Shown: piece by piece, positions 16,001 through 23,430 of the stretch
Position numbering within the stretch: position 1 is the first letter of the stretch
How the letters are laid out: the number at the start of each line of letters is the position of its first letter
Source of the DNA: a virus
DNA length: 46,824 nt
Direction: 5' to 3' (one strand)
Virus record (IMG/VR): IMGVR_UViG_3300048582_000269
Location: 1 to 46,824 of that record
Program-made: the position numbers and the translations under genes
Notes under the pieces: generated by a model
Told to the model about the DNA's origin: nothing
Databases searched by the model: none
What the model saw: only the letters and a program-made list of their open reading frames with translations

Positions 16001-16285
16001 ATGAATGATTCTATAACACCAAGCCAAGCGGTTAAAAGAATGCGAGAGCTTACAGAAAATGGAGCACAGTTTTCTTTTTCGTTCATGTCATACAGCTCCA
16101 AGAAGCATTATTGTAGTGGTATCAAGCATGTAGCTAAGGCTCAGTTGCGAAAGGGATATACTAACAGTCAAAGCGAATTATCACGGCAGTTAATAGGGTA
16201 TGTAGATATAGATGCAGGTCACATCAATCGTTTCTTTCACTTACCACTACTGCTTTCATTTAATAACTATCAAATAAAACCATAG
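16001..16285 (+). CDS. Hypothetical protein
   Basis: The ORF track starts at 15968. The Met at 16001 is preferred because 15968 would sit inside the promoter-like element. Confidence 0.5.
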   Translation: MNDSITPSQAVKRMRELTENGAQFSFSFMSYSSKKHYCSGIKHVAKAQLRKGYTNSQSELSRQLIGYVDIDAGHINRFFHLPLLLSFNNYQIKP

Positions 16286-16287
16286 CC

Positions 16288-17676
16288 ATGCATATAGAAT
16301 TTATGGGTAGAGATGCCATCGTTCAAACTCCTGAAGTAGCCTTTACCTACCAAGTTGCTGAAACACCAAGAGAGTTTGATAAACTAAGAGGCACATCAAA
16401 CACATTGAATTGGGACAATCTTAATGACTATTTAGGGGACTACGTTATATTGCCTTATGGTTCAAACAACGATTTACCGGATATTATTAAAGAAGTAGTT
16501 AAGAATAACTACATTGCTCCTGGTTTATTGAATAGAAAGACTGAGTTACTATGGGGATTAGGTCCTCGTCTATACAGAGAGAAGCTAGAGAACAACAAAA
16601 TCATACGTCAGTGGGTAGATGATAAGGAAGTACAGAAATGGCTAGAATCCTTTGATTACGAAAACTACCTATTGAGCTCCTCTGAAGATTACCAACATCT
16701 TCAAGGTACGTTTACTAAGATATACCTAAACAAAGGTACATTAGTTGGCAAACCTCCTAAGATATCCAAGCTCGAGCATATCGCTCCAGATAAAGCTAGG
16801 TTAGCATTATTACGCACCAAGAAAGTAAAAGACACTCCTACACATTGTGTTATATCAGATTGGAATTTCAGCCATATATCAGCAATAGCCGATTCAAAGG
16901 TTTATCCTTTGTTTGACTATAAGGATCCTTTTTCTAGACCTAACTCAATAATGTATAGCAACAAGTACTCATTCTGTACAGATTACTATACAATACCGGA
17001 TATCTATGGTTCTCTTGAATGGTTAAATAGGTCTACATCTGTTCCTCTTATTTTCAAAGCATTATCAAAAAACAGCATTAATCTTAAATATCATATCATT
17101 TCGCCTGCGAAATTTTGGGATAAGAAAAAAGCAGAAATGATGGAAAGATGTTCTTTAAAAAATGTACAATATACCGAAGAGATGTTCCTTGCCTATCAAA
17201 AAGAATTCCTTGAAAAAATAGGCAAAGTATTATCAGGAGAAGAAAACACAGGTAAATACCTTCACACAGTTAAAGAACTAACTGTCGATGGAACCAACCT
17301 ACTAGAGCACCAATGGGAAGTTAAAGTAATCGACCAAAACATCAAAGATTTTGTCGAGGCTCAAATCAAGATTTCTCAACGTGCTGACAGAGCTGTAGCA
17401 TCAGGTATTTCCTTGCATTCCGCTTTAGGAAACATGTCAGAAACAGGAAAAGTTGATTCAGGTTCAGAACAACACTACGCTCTGATCAGTTACCTAAACA
17501 CCGGTATTGATATTCAAGAAATGATTATCACCAAGCCATTGAACTACGCTATCAAAGCCAATTTCCCCGACTCAGGTCTAAAAATAGGCTTCTATCACAA
17601 TGTACCGGAAAAACAAGAAGATGTTTCGCCATCCAATCGTTCAGCAAACAATTCACCATTAACACCGAAAGAATAA
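16288..17676 (+). CDS. Portal protein candidate
   Basis: 462 aa, the first large ORF of the block that follows TerL. The call rests on size and position only. Confidence 0.45.
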   Translation: MHIEFMGRDAIVQTPEVAFTYQVAETPREFDKLRGTSNTLNWDNLNDYLGDYVILPYGSNNDLPDIIKEVVKNNYIAPGLLNRKTELLWGLGPRLYREKLENNKIIRQWVDDKEVQKWLESFDYENYLLSSSEDYQHLQGTFTKIYLNKGTLVGKPPKISKLEHIAPDKARLALLRTKKVKDTPTHCVISDWNFSHISAIADSKVYPLFDYKDPFSRPNSIMYSNKYSFCTDYYTIPDIYGSLEWLNRSTSVPLIFKALSKNSINLKYHIISPAKFWDKKKAEMMERCSLKNVQYTEEMFLAYQKEFLEKIGKVLSGEENTGKYLHTVKELTVDGTNLLEHQWEVKVIDQNIKDFVEAQIKISQRADRAVASGISLHSALGNMSETGKVDSGSEQHYALISYLNTGIDIQEMIITKPLNYAIKANFPDSGLKIGFYHNVPEKQEDVSPSNRSANNSPLTPKE

Positions 17677-18707
17677 TGAAACTGCTTTTTACATCCGCAA
17701 CTGGTTCCGATGAAATAAAAGAACTTTTAGGCTTTGTTGATGCTGATTTAAAATTCAACAATTTATTGCCAGACATTCGGACAGCATCACGCCAGGTAAT
17801 CAATATTATTGGTCGTGAAGTTTACGATTATGCAATTGAAAAATACGATAATGGACAAATCGAAGAATCAGAAGATAACAACGATTATCTATTAGTACAA
17901 TCCATCAAATATGCTATCGCTGTCGATGCATATCGCCATTATGCTCCATCAAACGACCTTTCGCACACCAACGACGGTAGAAAGATGCGTAACGAACAGC
18001 ATGAGAAAAATGCTTTCGAATGGATGATTGATCGTGATAACGATGCTCTTGAAAAAAGATATTACAGAGCATTGGAAGATTTAATCATTTTCCTTGACGA
18101 ATTAGAATCCGTTCCGGTGGTCGACGAAGCTCCAGAGGACTTAGAACCCGAAACAGGAGATACTATTTATGAACTGTGGAAAAACTCCGATTCTTATAAA
18201 AAAAGCCACAAATTATTTGTACGCTCGACCAACGACTTTGACGACTATTTTCCTATTCATAGCCGATTATTGCTGCTAAAATTGCAAAATGGCCTATCTC
18301 GTTGCGAACGCTACGAAATTGCTCCAAGATTGACTACTACTGTTTTTGATGACTTGAAAGAACGATATTCGAACCAAACCGAGATAACAGACGAAAAAGA
18401 ACTTAAACTAATCGATTTAATTAAAGAAACCTGCTGCTTCTATGCCTTAGCATGGGCAATTCCTAAATTATCAATTAATATCTTCCCGGATAACATCATT
18501 CAGAAGTATCACGGCGAGAGAGCTACAACCAAGGCGTCAATGGTTCCGGCACTAAACGAATCAGAATGGGCTCGTTCTTCTTTCGAAATGAGCTACCAAA
18601 AATCATTGAGAGAAATCGAAGATTTATTAAAGCCTGCAGTAGATCCAACAGACACAATCGTTTCACCCGACATTATTTCAGACGACCACTCATTTTCAGC
18701 AATATGA
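17676..18707 (+). CDS. Hypothetical acidic protein (head-completion or minor head candidate)
   Basis: 343-aa ORF that overlaps the portal-like gene stop by 1 nt (TAATG junction). Confidence 0.5.
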   Translation: MKLLFTSATGSDEIKELLGFVDADLKFNNLLPDIRTASRQVINIIGREVYDYAIEKYDNGQIEESEDNNDYLLVQSIKYAIAVDAYRHYAPSNDLSHTNDGRKMRNEQHEKNAFEWMIDRDNDALEKRYYRALEDLIIFLDELESVPVVDEAPEDLEPETGDTIYELWKNSDSYKKSHKLFVRSTNDFDDYFPIHSRLLLLKLQNGLSRCERYEIAPRLTTTVFDDLKERYSNQTEITDEKELKLIDLIKETCCFYALAWAIPKLSINIFPDNIIQKYHGERATTKASMVPALNESEWARSSFEMSYQKSLREIEDLLKPAVDPTDTIVSPDIISDDHSFSAI

Positions 18708-19036
18708 TAACTAATTTAACTATCCCTATGATCTATCAATTAAAATTCGCGTTTTGGAGTATCTGGTACTCAATCATCAATTACAGAAAGGCTCGAAAGT
18801 TCAAAAAGATTGAAAAAAGCCTTGACCATGCTATTTATACCAAAGAAACCAACCAAGTCGAATTGATGATTGCAATCAAACGACGTATTCGAAGTTACTA
18901 CCCAAAAGGCTGGTCTAAATTCATTCCGCTTTCCATCAAACAACAGCGTGAAATTCATGCTGCAATTGTTTTGGAATTTGGCGATGCTATGAAAAAACAT
19001 GATGTGAAGCTCACCAAAACATTAAAATTCCTTTAA
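18704..19036 (+). CDS. Hypothetical protein with an N-terminal hydrophobic segment
   Basis: ATGA overlap with the upstream stop. The longer track ORF from 18566 would overlap the upstream gene by 142 nt and has an Arg-rich, low-complexity N-terminus. Confidence 0.4.
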   Translation: MITNLTIPMIYQLKFAFWSIWYSIINYRKARKFKKIEKSLDHAIYTKETNQVELMIAIKRRIRSYYPKGWSKFIPLSIKQQREIHAAIVLEFGDAMKKHDVKLTKTLKFL

Positions 19037-19947
19037 TGCATACAATTGTAATCAGAGAGGCCAAAATTGAAAAGTTTGTTCCCGAGGAATTGGCTGAGTG
19101 TGACGCTCAACAATACCTCGATATGTGCGAGCTTATTTTTAAATTTCAAGCCCAAATGATAACTTATGATGAACTTCGTATTCATGCCATTTACAAGTTA
19201 ATGAACATGAAGCCGGTAAAAGAGTTTATCCTGGAAGAGGAAGAAAACAAACTCTCAAACGCCTATCGATTATCCGAGTTAATTGATACTTTTTTCTTCA
19301 TTAATGATCAAGACCAAAAAGTCATCAAACAAAATTACATCAATAATCCGGTACCAAAGTTCAAGCCTCTTTGGCATGATTACTACGGACCATCTGATGG
19401 ATTTCAAAACATCAAGTTTGGCGAGTATACCGATGCTCTGCGTTTGTTCTTCCAATTCAATGCAACAGGCGATTATGAATTACTTTTTGCTTTAACAGCT
19501 GTTTTGTACCGAAAAAAGAAATCCTTTCATTGGTTTAAAAAGCGTTTGAATAATTACGATGGCGATATTCGCGAACCATATAACCAGGTGTTTGTTGACA
19601 AGCGTGCCATTGTCTTTAAACAAGCTCCAATCGGTTTTGTTTATGGAACCTACCTCCTATTTTCATCCTTTCAACAATTCATATCATCGGCTCAGGTTCC
19701 GTGGGGAAGTTCTGTTTTAGACTTCTCCATCTTATTCCAAACAGGCGAAGCTTCAGAACCAGAATCCATACCCGGAATCGGAATGGATACCGTTTTATTC
19801 TCCATGGCCGAAAGTGGAGCGTTCGGCACATTAAAGCAAGTGCAAAATACCAACCTTTGGGAAGTGTTAGTTCGTATGTACGACATCAGAAAAAGAGATT
19901 TAGACAACCAAAAACGAGAAGAAAATGCTAGAAGTAAACAGCCTTAA
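19036..19947 (+). CDS. Hypothetical protein
   Basis: 303-aa ORF that overlaps the upstream stop by 1 nt (TAATG junction). Confidence 0.55.
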   Translation: MHTIVIREAKIEKFVPEELAECDAQQYLDMCELIFKFQAQMITYDELRIHAIYKLMNMKPVKEFILEEEENKLSNAYRLSELIDTFFFINDQDQKVIKQNYINNPVPKFKPLWHDYYGPSDGFQNIKFGEYTDALRLFFQFNATGDYELLFALTAVLYRKKKSFHWFKKRLNNYDGDIREPYNQVFVDKRAIVFKQAPIGFVYGTYLLFSSFQQFISSAQVPWGSSVLDFSILFQTGEASEPESIPGIGMDTVLFSMAESGAFGTLKQVQNTNLWEVLVRMYDIRKRDLDNQKREENARSKQP

Positions 19948-20389
19948 ACAATTTACTGCCGAAATGCAAGGCAAAATCAGCGGTATCAACAAATCAATCG
20001 TGCTATTGGATGACTCCGAGCTTACCAATATATTAAAAGAGTTAAAGCTAACCGAAAACTGTATTCTCATTGCAATCATGCCACAATATCCCGTAAAAGG
20101 AAACGACGATGCAATTAAATGGGTAAACCAACTACAGTTCATGATTCTGAAAAAATCTGCCGATCGAGATTTTAAAAATCACGACGAATATTTAGATATG
20201 TTTCAGCAAACACAATTATTAATGAGGGAATTCGTTAGTATTTTATTAATGGAAAAAACGGGCGACAATGGCGATATGTGCGGACTATTAAACGAACTCG
20301 TTGAACAAAGCATACTCGTTTATCCGGTGTGGAGAAAAGCACAATGCAATGGTTGGGCACTCGAAATTGATTTGCTTTCAAATATATAA
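19925..20389 (+). CDS. Hypothetical protein
   Basis: 154-aa ORF that overlaps the upstream gene by 23 nt. Confidence 0.55.
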   Translation: MLEVNSLKQFTAEMQGKISGINKSIVLLDDSELTNILKELKLTENCILIAIMPQYPVKGNDDAIKWVNQLQFMILKKSADRDFKNHDEYLDMFQQTQLLMREFVSILLMEKTGDNGDMCGLLNELVEQSILVYPVWRKAQCNGWALEIDLLSNI

Positions 20390-20407
20390 TTCCGTATATT
20401 TACGGAA
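20390..20407. promoter_or_regulatory. Palindromic operator TTCCGTA-TATT-TACGGAA, copy 2
   Basis: Lies 12 nt upstream of the ATG at 20419. The flanks aattccgtata...tacggaaata are shared with the copy at 15593-15610. Confidence 0.6.
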
Positions 20408-20418
20408 ATATTTAAGCA

Positions 20419-20637
20419 ATGAACCAATTAGAAATCGATTTACTGTTTCACGAAACAATTCAGCAACGAGGAATTTATAACAAATTGGAAGGCATCACCG
20501 AAAACATGATTTACAACTGGCGAAAAGGCAGAGGTAAAAAACCGGACATAGGCACCATGTTAGGAGTACTCTTCCAATTAGATTTAATCAGAATCCATGG
20601 CAAACCTACTACAACAGCGGCAGAACAACAGCGATAA
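20419..20637 (+). CDS. Small HTH-like DNA-binding protein
   Basis: 72 aa. The ENMIYNWRKGRGKKPDIGTMLGVLFQL segment looks like an HTH. The gene sits directly behind the palindromic operator. Confidence 0.45.
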   Translation: MNQLEIDLLFHETIQQRGIYNKLEGITENMIYNWRKGRGKKPDIGTMLGVLFQLDLIRIHGKPTTTAAEQQR

Positions 20638-20971
20638 AATACTCGAAGGTCGTTTCATTCGCATGAAGTTGGCCGAAACAGCCAATGATATTCAAGAAGC
20701 TTCTGCAAAAAAAATGGCAGGCTTTAATTCTGCTTTTTGGAAAAACCGTTCGTTTGCTGTCACCGATAACGAAATGCAGTACGATCATTTAAAAGTGCAT
20801 CGCTTTATCGACATGAAAACCCGAACCGAAAAAGACGGTTCCAAGAGCAAAAAGAAGTTTTACCCAATCCACAACCGCATAGTTATGGGGCAATATTCGC
20901 AACTCACCAGAGAGCTTTCTTTTGGGTTTACCCAAGAAATTAAGCGACAATTGCTATCAATGGGCGATTAA
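20597..20971 (+). CDS. Hypothetical protein
   Basis: 124-aa ORF. An alternative non-overlapping start exists at 20663 (MKLAETAND...). Confidence 0.5.
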   Translation: MANLLQQRQNNSDKILEGRFIRMKLAETANDIQEASAKKMAGFNSAFWKNRSFAVTDNEMQYDHLKVHRFIDMKTRTEKDGSKSKKKFYPIHNRIVMGQYSQLTRELSFGFTQEIKRQLLSMGD

Positions 20972-21010
20972 TTAATAATTTTAAACCCTAACCTATAAAC
21001 TATTATTATT

Positions 21011-21184
21011 ATGAAACCTTCAAGTGTTGATTTTTCTGCGTTAAAACAAGCCAAAAAAACATTTAAATTCTGGTATCAAGTACTTTTGGAGACCGAATTA
21101 ATGAATGATCCTGAACATCGCAAAGAATACCACACGGCACTAAAGGTTTTAAAAACAGAAATTAAAAAAGAGAAAGGGAGTTAA
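21011..21184 (+). CDS. Small hypothetical protein (57 aa, below the ORF-track cutoff)
   Basis: Hand translation: MKPSSVDFSALKQAKKTFKFWYQVLLETELMNDPEHRKEYHTALKVLKTEIKKEKGS. The stop is embedded in a terminator hairpin. Confidence 0.35.
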   Translation: MKPSSVDFSALKQAKKTFKFWYQVLLETELMNDPEHRKEYHTALKVLKTEIKKEKGS

Positions 21185-21196
21185 TCCCTTTTTTTT
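21174..21196 (+). terminator. Rho-independent terminator
   Basis: aaggga-gttaa-tccctt stem-loop followed by a T-run. Confidence 0.6.
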
Positions 21197-21229
21197 ATAT
21201 TTACGGTCTAACACTTAAAAATATACATT

Positions 21230-21448
21230 ATGCTTGGCTCTTACGAAAAAGATTTAAAGAAAAAGGAAATATCTGAAATGACAGATAGACAAATTAAAGA
21301 AGACTTATTATTGCAGATGCACATCTCAAACGGATTTAATAAAAGAATAATGAATAACATTATTTTTTTCTTTTGGTTAACATTAATAGGTGCATTGTTT
21401 ACATTCATTGGTTACATGAATTTAATGGATGTATTCAAAAGAATGTAA
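21230..21448 (+). CDS. Small protein with a C-terminal TMD
   Basis: 72 aa with a charged N-terminus and the hydrophobic segment IIFFFWLTLIGALFTFIGY. Confidence 0.5.
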   Translation: MLGSYEKDLKKKEISEMTDRQIKEDLLLQMHISNGFNKRIMNNIIFFFWLTLIGALFTFIGYMNLMDVFKRM

Positions 21449-21450
21449 TA

Positions 21451-21475
21451 AAAAAAGCCCCAAACGGGGCTTTTT
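21451..21475. terminator. Bidirectional terminator between convergent genes
   Basis: aaaaaa-gcccc-aaac-ggggc-ttttt. Confidence 0.8.
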
Positions 21476-21477
21476 AA

Positions 21478-21876
21478 TTAATCAATCTTTTCAAACGCAT
21501 TCGGGTCAAAACCGCTACCTATATATTGATCATCATCAACCATAATTAAATAATCATGTTGGCGTTTCCATAAAGCTCCGGCATCAACCTCGGTTTTGTC
21601 TTCCAGAACCAATTGGGTTTTGTTTCTATATAAACCATCACACTCGGTTAGTTCCACCAATTCGGGTTGTTCCAGGTTACCTTCCAGATATTGCAAAAAA
21701 GCGGCTTTATCATAATATAAAATCTTACCGGTGCTAAACTTTAGTTGCAATGGATCATAATCTTTCAACCCGGGTTTTTCTGCAATAAACTTGGCAACAT
21801 CTTTAAAACTGCAGTTTTTTAAATGAAGCTTTACACCACCGGTGTACAATACTTCTACTTCTAGCGGTTTAGTCAT
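21478..21876 (-). CDS. Hypothetical protein (second gene of the leftward two-gene island)
   Basis: 132-aa ORF. No motif recognised. It overlaps its partner by 8 nt. Confidence 0.55.
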   Translation of the reverse strand: MTKPLEVEVLYTGGVKLHLKNCSFKDVAKFIAEKPGLKDYDPLQLKFSTGKILYYDKAAFLQYLEGNLEQPELVELTECDGLYRNKTQLVLEDKTEVDAGALWKRQHDYLIMVDDDQYIGSGFDPNAFEKID

Positions 21877-22201
21877 GACGCACCTCCTGACTTTGCAATT
21901 TCAAAATACCTTGTTTAATAATCTCGCTTCCCACTTGCACGGCATGAAAGCTTTCAATTTCTTCAATGTTTTCAAACGCTTGTACAATCTCGTTTAATCT
22001 ACACATGGCGTTACTGTAGTTGCGGCGTTCTTCCACATCGTCAAAAACTTCACTATCCAGTGAAACCAATAAATGATCAATTAAAAAATTTCGGGTTTCT
22101 TTAAGCCCTTGCGGGTCAATTCTTCGGGTTGCTTCCAGCAATTCAATTGCTACATTAGCATGACCACAAAAGGTTGTGGTGTCGTTGTTTTGGTTCTGCA
22201 T
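21869..22201 (-). CDS. Hypothetical acidic helical protein (first gene of the leftward two-gene island)
   Basis: 110-aa ORF. No motif recognised. Confidence 0.55.
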   Translation of the reverse strand: MQNQNNDTTTFCGHANVAIELLEATRRIDPQGLKETRNFLIDHLLVSLDSEVFDDVEERRNYSNAMCRLNEIVQAFENIEEIESFHAVQVGSEIIKQGILKLQSQEVRHD

Positions 22202-22221
22202 GATAAAAATGATTTAAGAAA

Positions 22222-22301
22222 CCTACCCGCAAGCTTGCAGAACCAAAACAATATGATTGTAGTGAATGCTCCGTTTCTCTCGAAGCTTCTTGCGGGATAG
22301 G
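22222..22301 (-). promoter_or_regulatory. Structured 5' leader hairpin of the leftward two-gene island
   Basis: cctacccgcaag (22222-22233) pairs with cttgcgggatagg (22289-22301), giving 12 bp with one bulge. On the - strand RNA the hairpin is followed by a UUUCUU tract. Two -7-like boxes, TACGTTTG and TACCTTTG, lie at 22350-22365 on the - strand. Confidence 0.45.
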
Positions 22302-22437
22302 CTGGATTTTTTACTGTGTGAATTATCATATTACTTAAGTTCTGCACAGCAAACGTACAAAGGTAAAATGTAACTACCAAACAAAATATATGTAAATACA
22401 TAAAGTTCAACTGTTTAGTAAAACAATGTGTAAAATG

Positions 22438-22468
22438 TTTTACTTTTTAGTAAAAATAGTTATATTTG
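22438..22468 (+). promoter_or_regulatory. Operator palindrome TTTTACT-TTTT-AGTAAAA plus -7 box TATATTTG (rightward KilA-N promoter)
   Basis: Palindrome at 22438-22455 and a TAnnTTTG match at 22461-22468. The same palindrome occurs twice in the int-proximal switch region. Confidence 0.55.
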
Positions 22469-22520
22469 TGGTGTAGAAGTCTCACCTACTTTACGATATT
22501 GATTAGCAATAATCACCAAG

Positions 22521-22566
22521 AAACCCTAACAAGTGAGTGAGACCACAAGTTAGGGTTTTCTTTTTA
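22521..22566 (+). terminator. Leader terminator upstream of the KilA-N gene
   Basis: aaaccctaac (22521-22530) pairs with gttagggttt (22549-22558), followed by tcttttt. The loop contains gtgagac, complementary to gtctcac at 22479-22485. Confidence 0.55.
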
Positions 22567-22579
22567 AAACATATATATT

Positions 22580-23215
22580 ATGAGTAAACCGGAATCAAAA
22601 GCATTAGAGTTCATCTATCAAGATGTTCAAATTCATTTTTTATTATCTCAAGGAGATAACGTGATGGTTAACGCTACAGAAATGGCTCAGCTGTTTAATC
22701 AAGAAACAAGATACTTTTTAAGACTTGATTCTACTAAAAATTTCGCAAAAGCAATGTTGAGAGAAAAATTTAATCGTGCAGATTACTCCAATTTTGACCC
22801 TTTTTTTGGTAAAAAGAAACAAAATAACTCAGATAATCGTGCAGAATTGCACGATTATATCAAAGAGAATATTTACTATTCTCAAAAAAAGGGTGGAACT
22901 TACTTATGTAGCGAGTTAGCTCTTAAATTTGCAGCTTGGCTTGACCCTGATTTTGATTTATGGGTACAAAGAACAATATATAGTATATTGTTTAGTGAAT
23001 ATTACATGATTCATAAAAAGAAGGTAATTGAAATTGAAGAAACCAAAAACAAAATCGAACAATTAAAATTTAAAATCAGAAACAAAATAGCTACAGAAAA
23101 CACAGCTATTGAACTGTTAGACTTACAAGATTTACTTTTAAAATTGATGAATGAGAAAAGAAATGCAATTAATAGTCAAGTAAGAAATATTCAATATTCA
23201 TTTTTTGAAGATTAA
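22580..23215 (+). CDS. KilA-N domain protein
   Basis: VNATEMAQLF...FLRLDSTKNF...GGTYLCSELALKFAAWLDPDFDLWV matches the KilA-N/Bro-N pattern. The C-terminus is coiled-coil. Confidence 0.75.
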   Translation: MSKPESKALEFIYQDVQIHFLLSQGDNVMVNATEMAQLFNQETRYFLRLDSTKNFAKAMLREKFNRADYSNFDPFFGKKKQNNSDNRAELHDYIKENIYYSQKKGGTYLCSELALKFAAWLDPDFDLWVQRTIYSILFSEYYMIHKKKVIEIEETKNKIEQLKFKIRNKIATENTAIELLDLQDLLLKLMNEKRNAINSQVRNIQYSFFED

Positions 23216-23280
23216 TCATTTCCTTATTGCACAAAAAATCATTAAAAATTGTGCAATAACAAATATGTGTAAATACACAT

Positions 23281-23320
23281 AACCAGTCATAACCAGTCAT
23301 AACCAGTCAAAACCATTCAA
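23281..23320 (+). repeat. Four tandem 10-bp units (aaccagtcat x2, aaccagtcaa, aaccattcaa)
   Basis: Read directly from the sequence. Preceded by the hairpin ttattgcacaa/ttgtgcaataa (23224-23259) and the palindrome atgtgta-aa-tacacat (23265-23280). Confidence 0.85.
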
Positions 23321-23321
23321 A

Positions 23322-23350
23322 CACTGTCAAATCATGGCAGTGTTTTTTTT
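23322..23350 (+). terminator. Rho-independent terminator
   Basis: cactgtca-aatca-tggcagtg followed by a run of 8 T. Confidence 0.75.
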
Positions 23351-23376
23351 ATTTCATGTAATTACTTACGTTTTCT

Positions 23377-23414
23377 CATGTCACACGAAACCACATAGCT
23401 AAAAATGACCTTTG
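23377..23414 (+). promoter_or_regulatory. Late-promoter-like element, copy 6 (CATGTCAC-N22-GACCTTTG)
   Basis: The 15-mer CATGTCACACGAAAC is identical to copy 4. The octamer starts 30 nt downstream. The tape-measure ATG is at 23431. Confidence 0.55.
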
Positions 23415-23430
23415 ATAAAATCATAAGGTC

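Noticed and set aside
20588-20637. The overlap of ORFs 20419-20637 and 20597-20971 could be a programmed frameshift of the tail-chaperone G/GT type.
   Set aside because: The second frame is +1, not -1. No slippery heptamer or CCC-stop type site occurs in the 50-nt overlap window. The first ORF looks like an HTH regulator. A non-overlapping ATG at 20663 exists.

The pair is also separated from the tape measure by 2.5 kb that includes reverse-strand genes.
22109-22410. ORFs 22109-22300 (+) and 22150-22410 (-) in the gap upstream of the leftward two-gene island.
   Set aside because: They overlap each other, the start of gene 21869-22201, the leader helix and the -7-like boxes. The sequence is better explained as promoter and leader.
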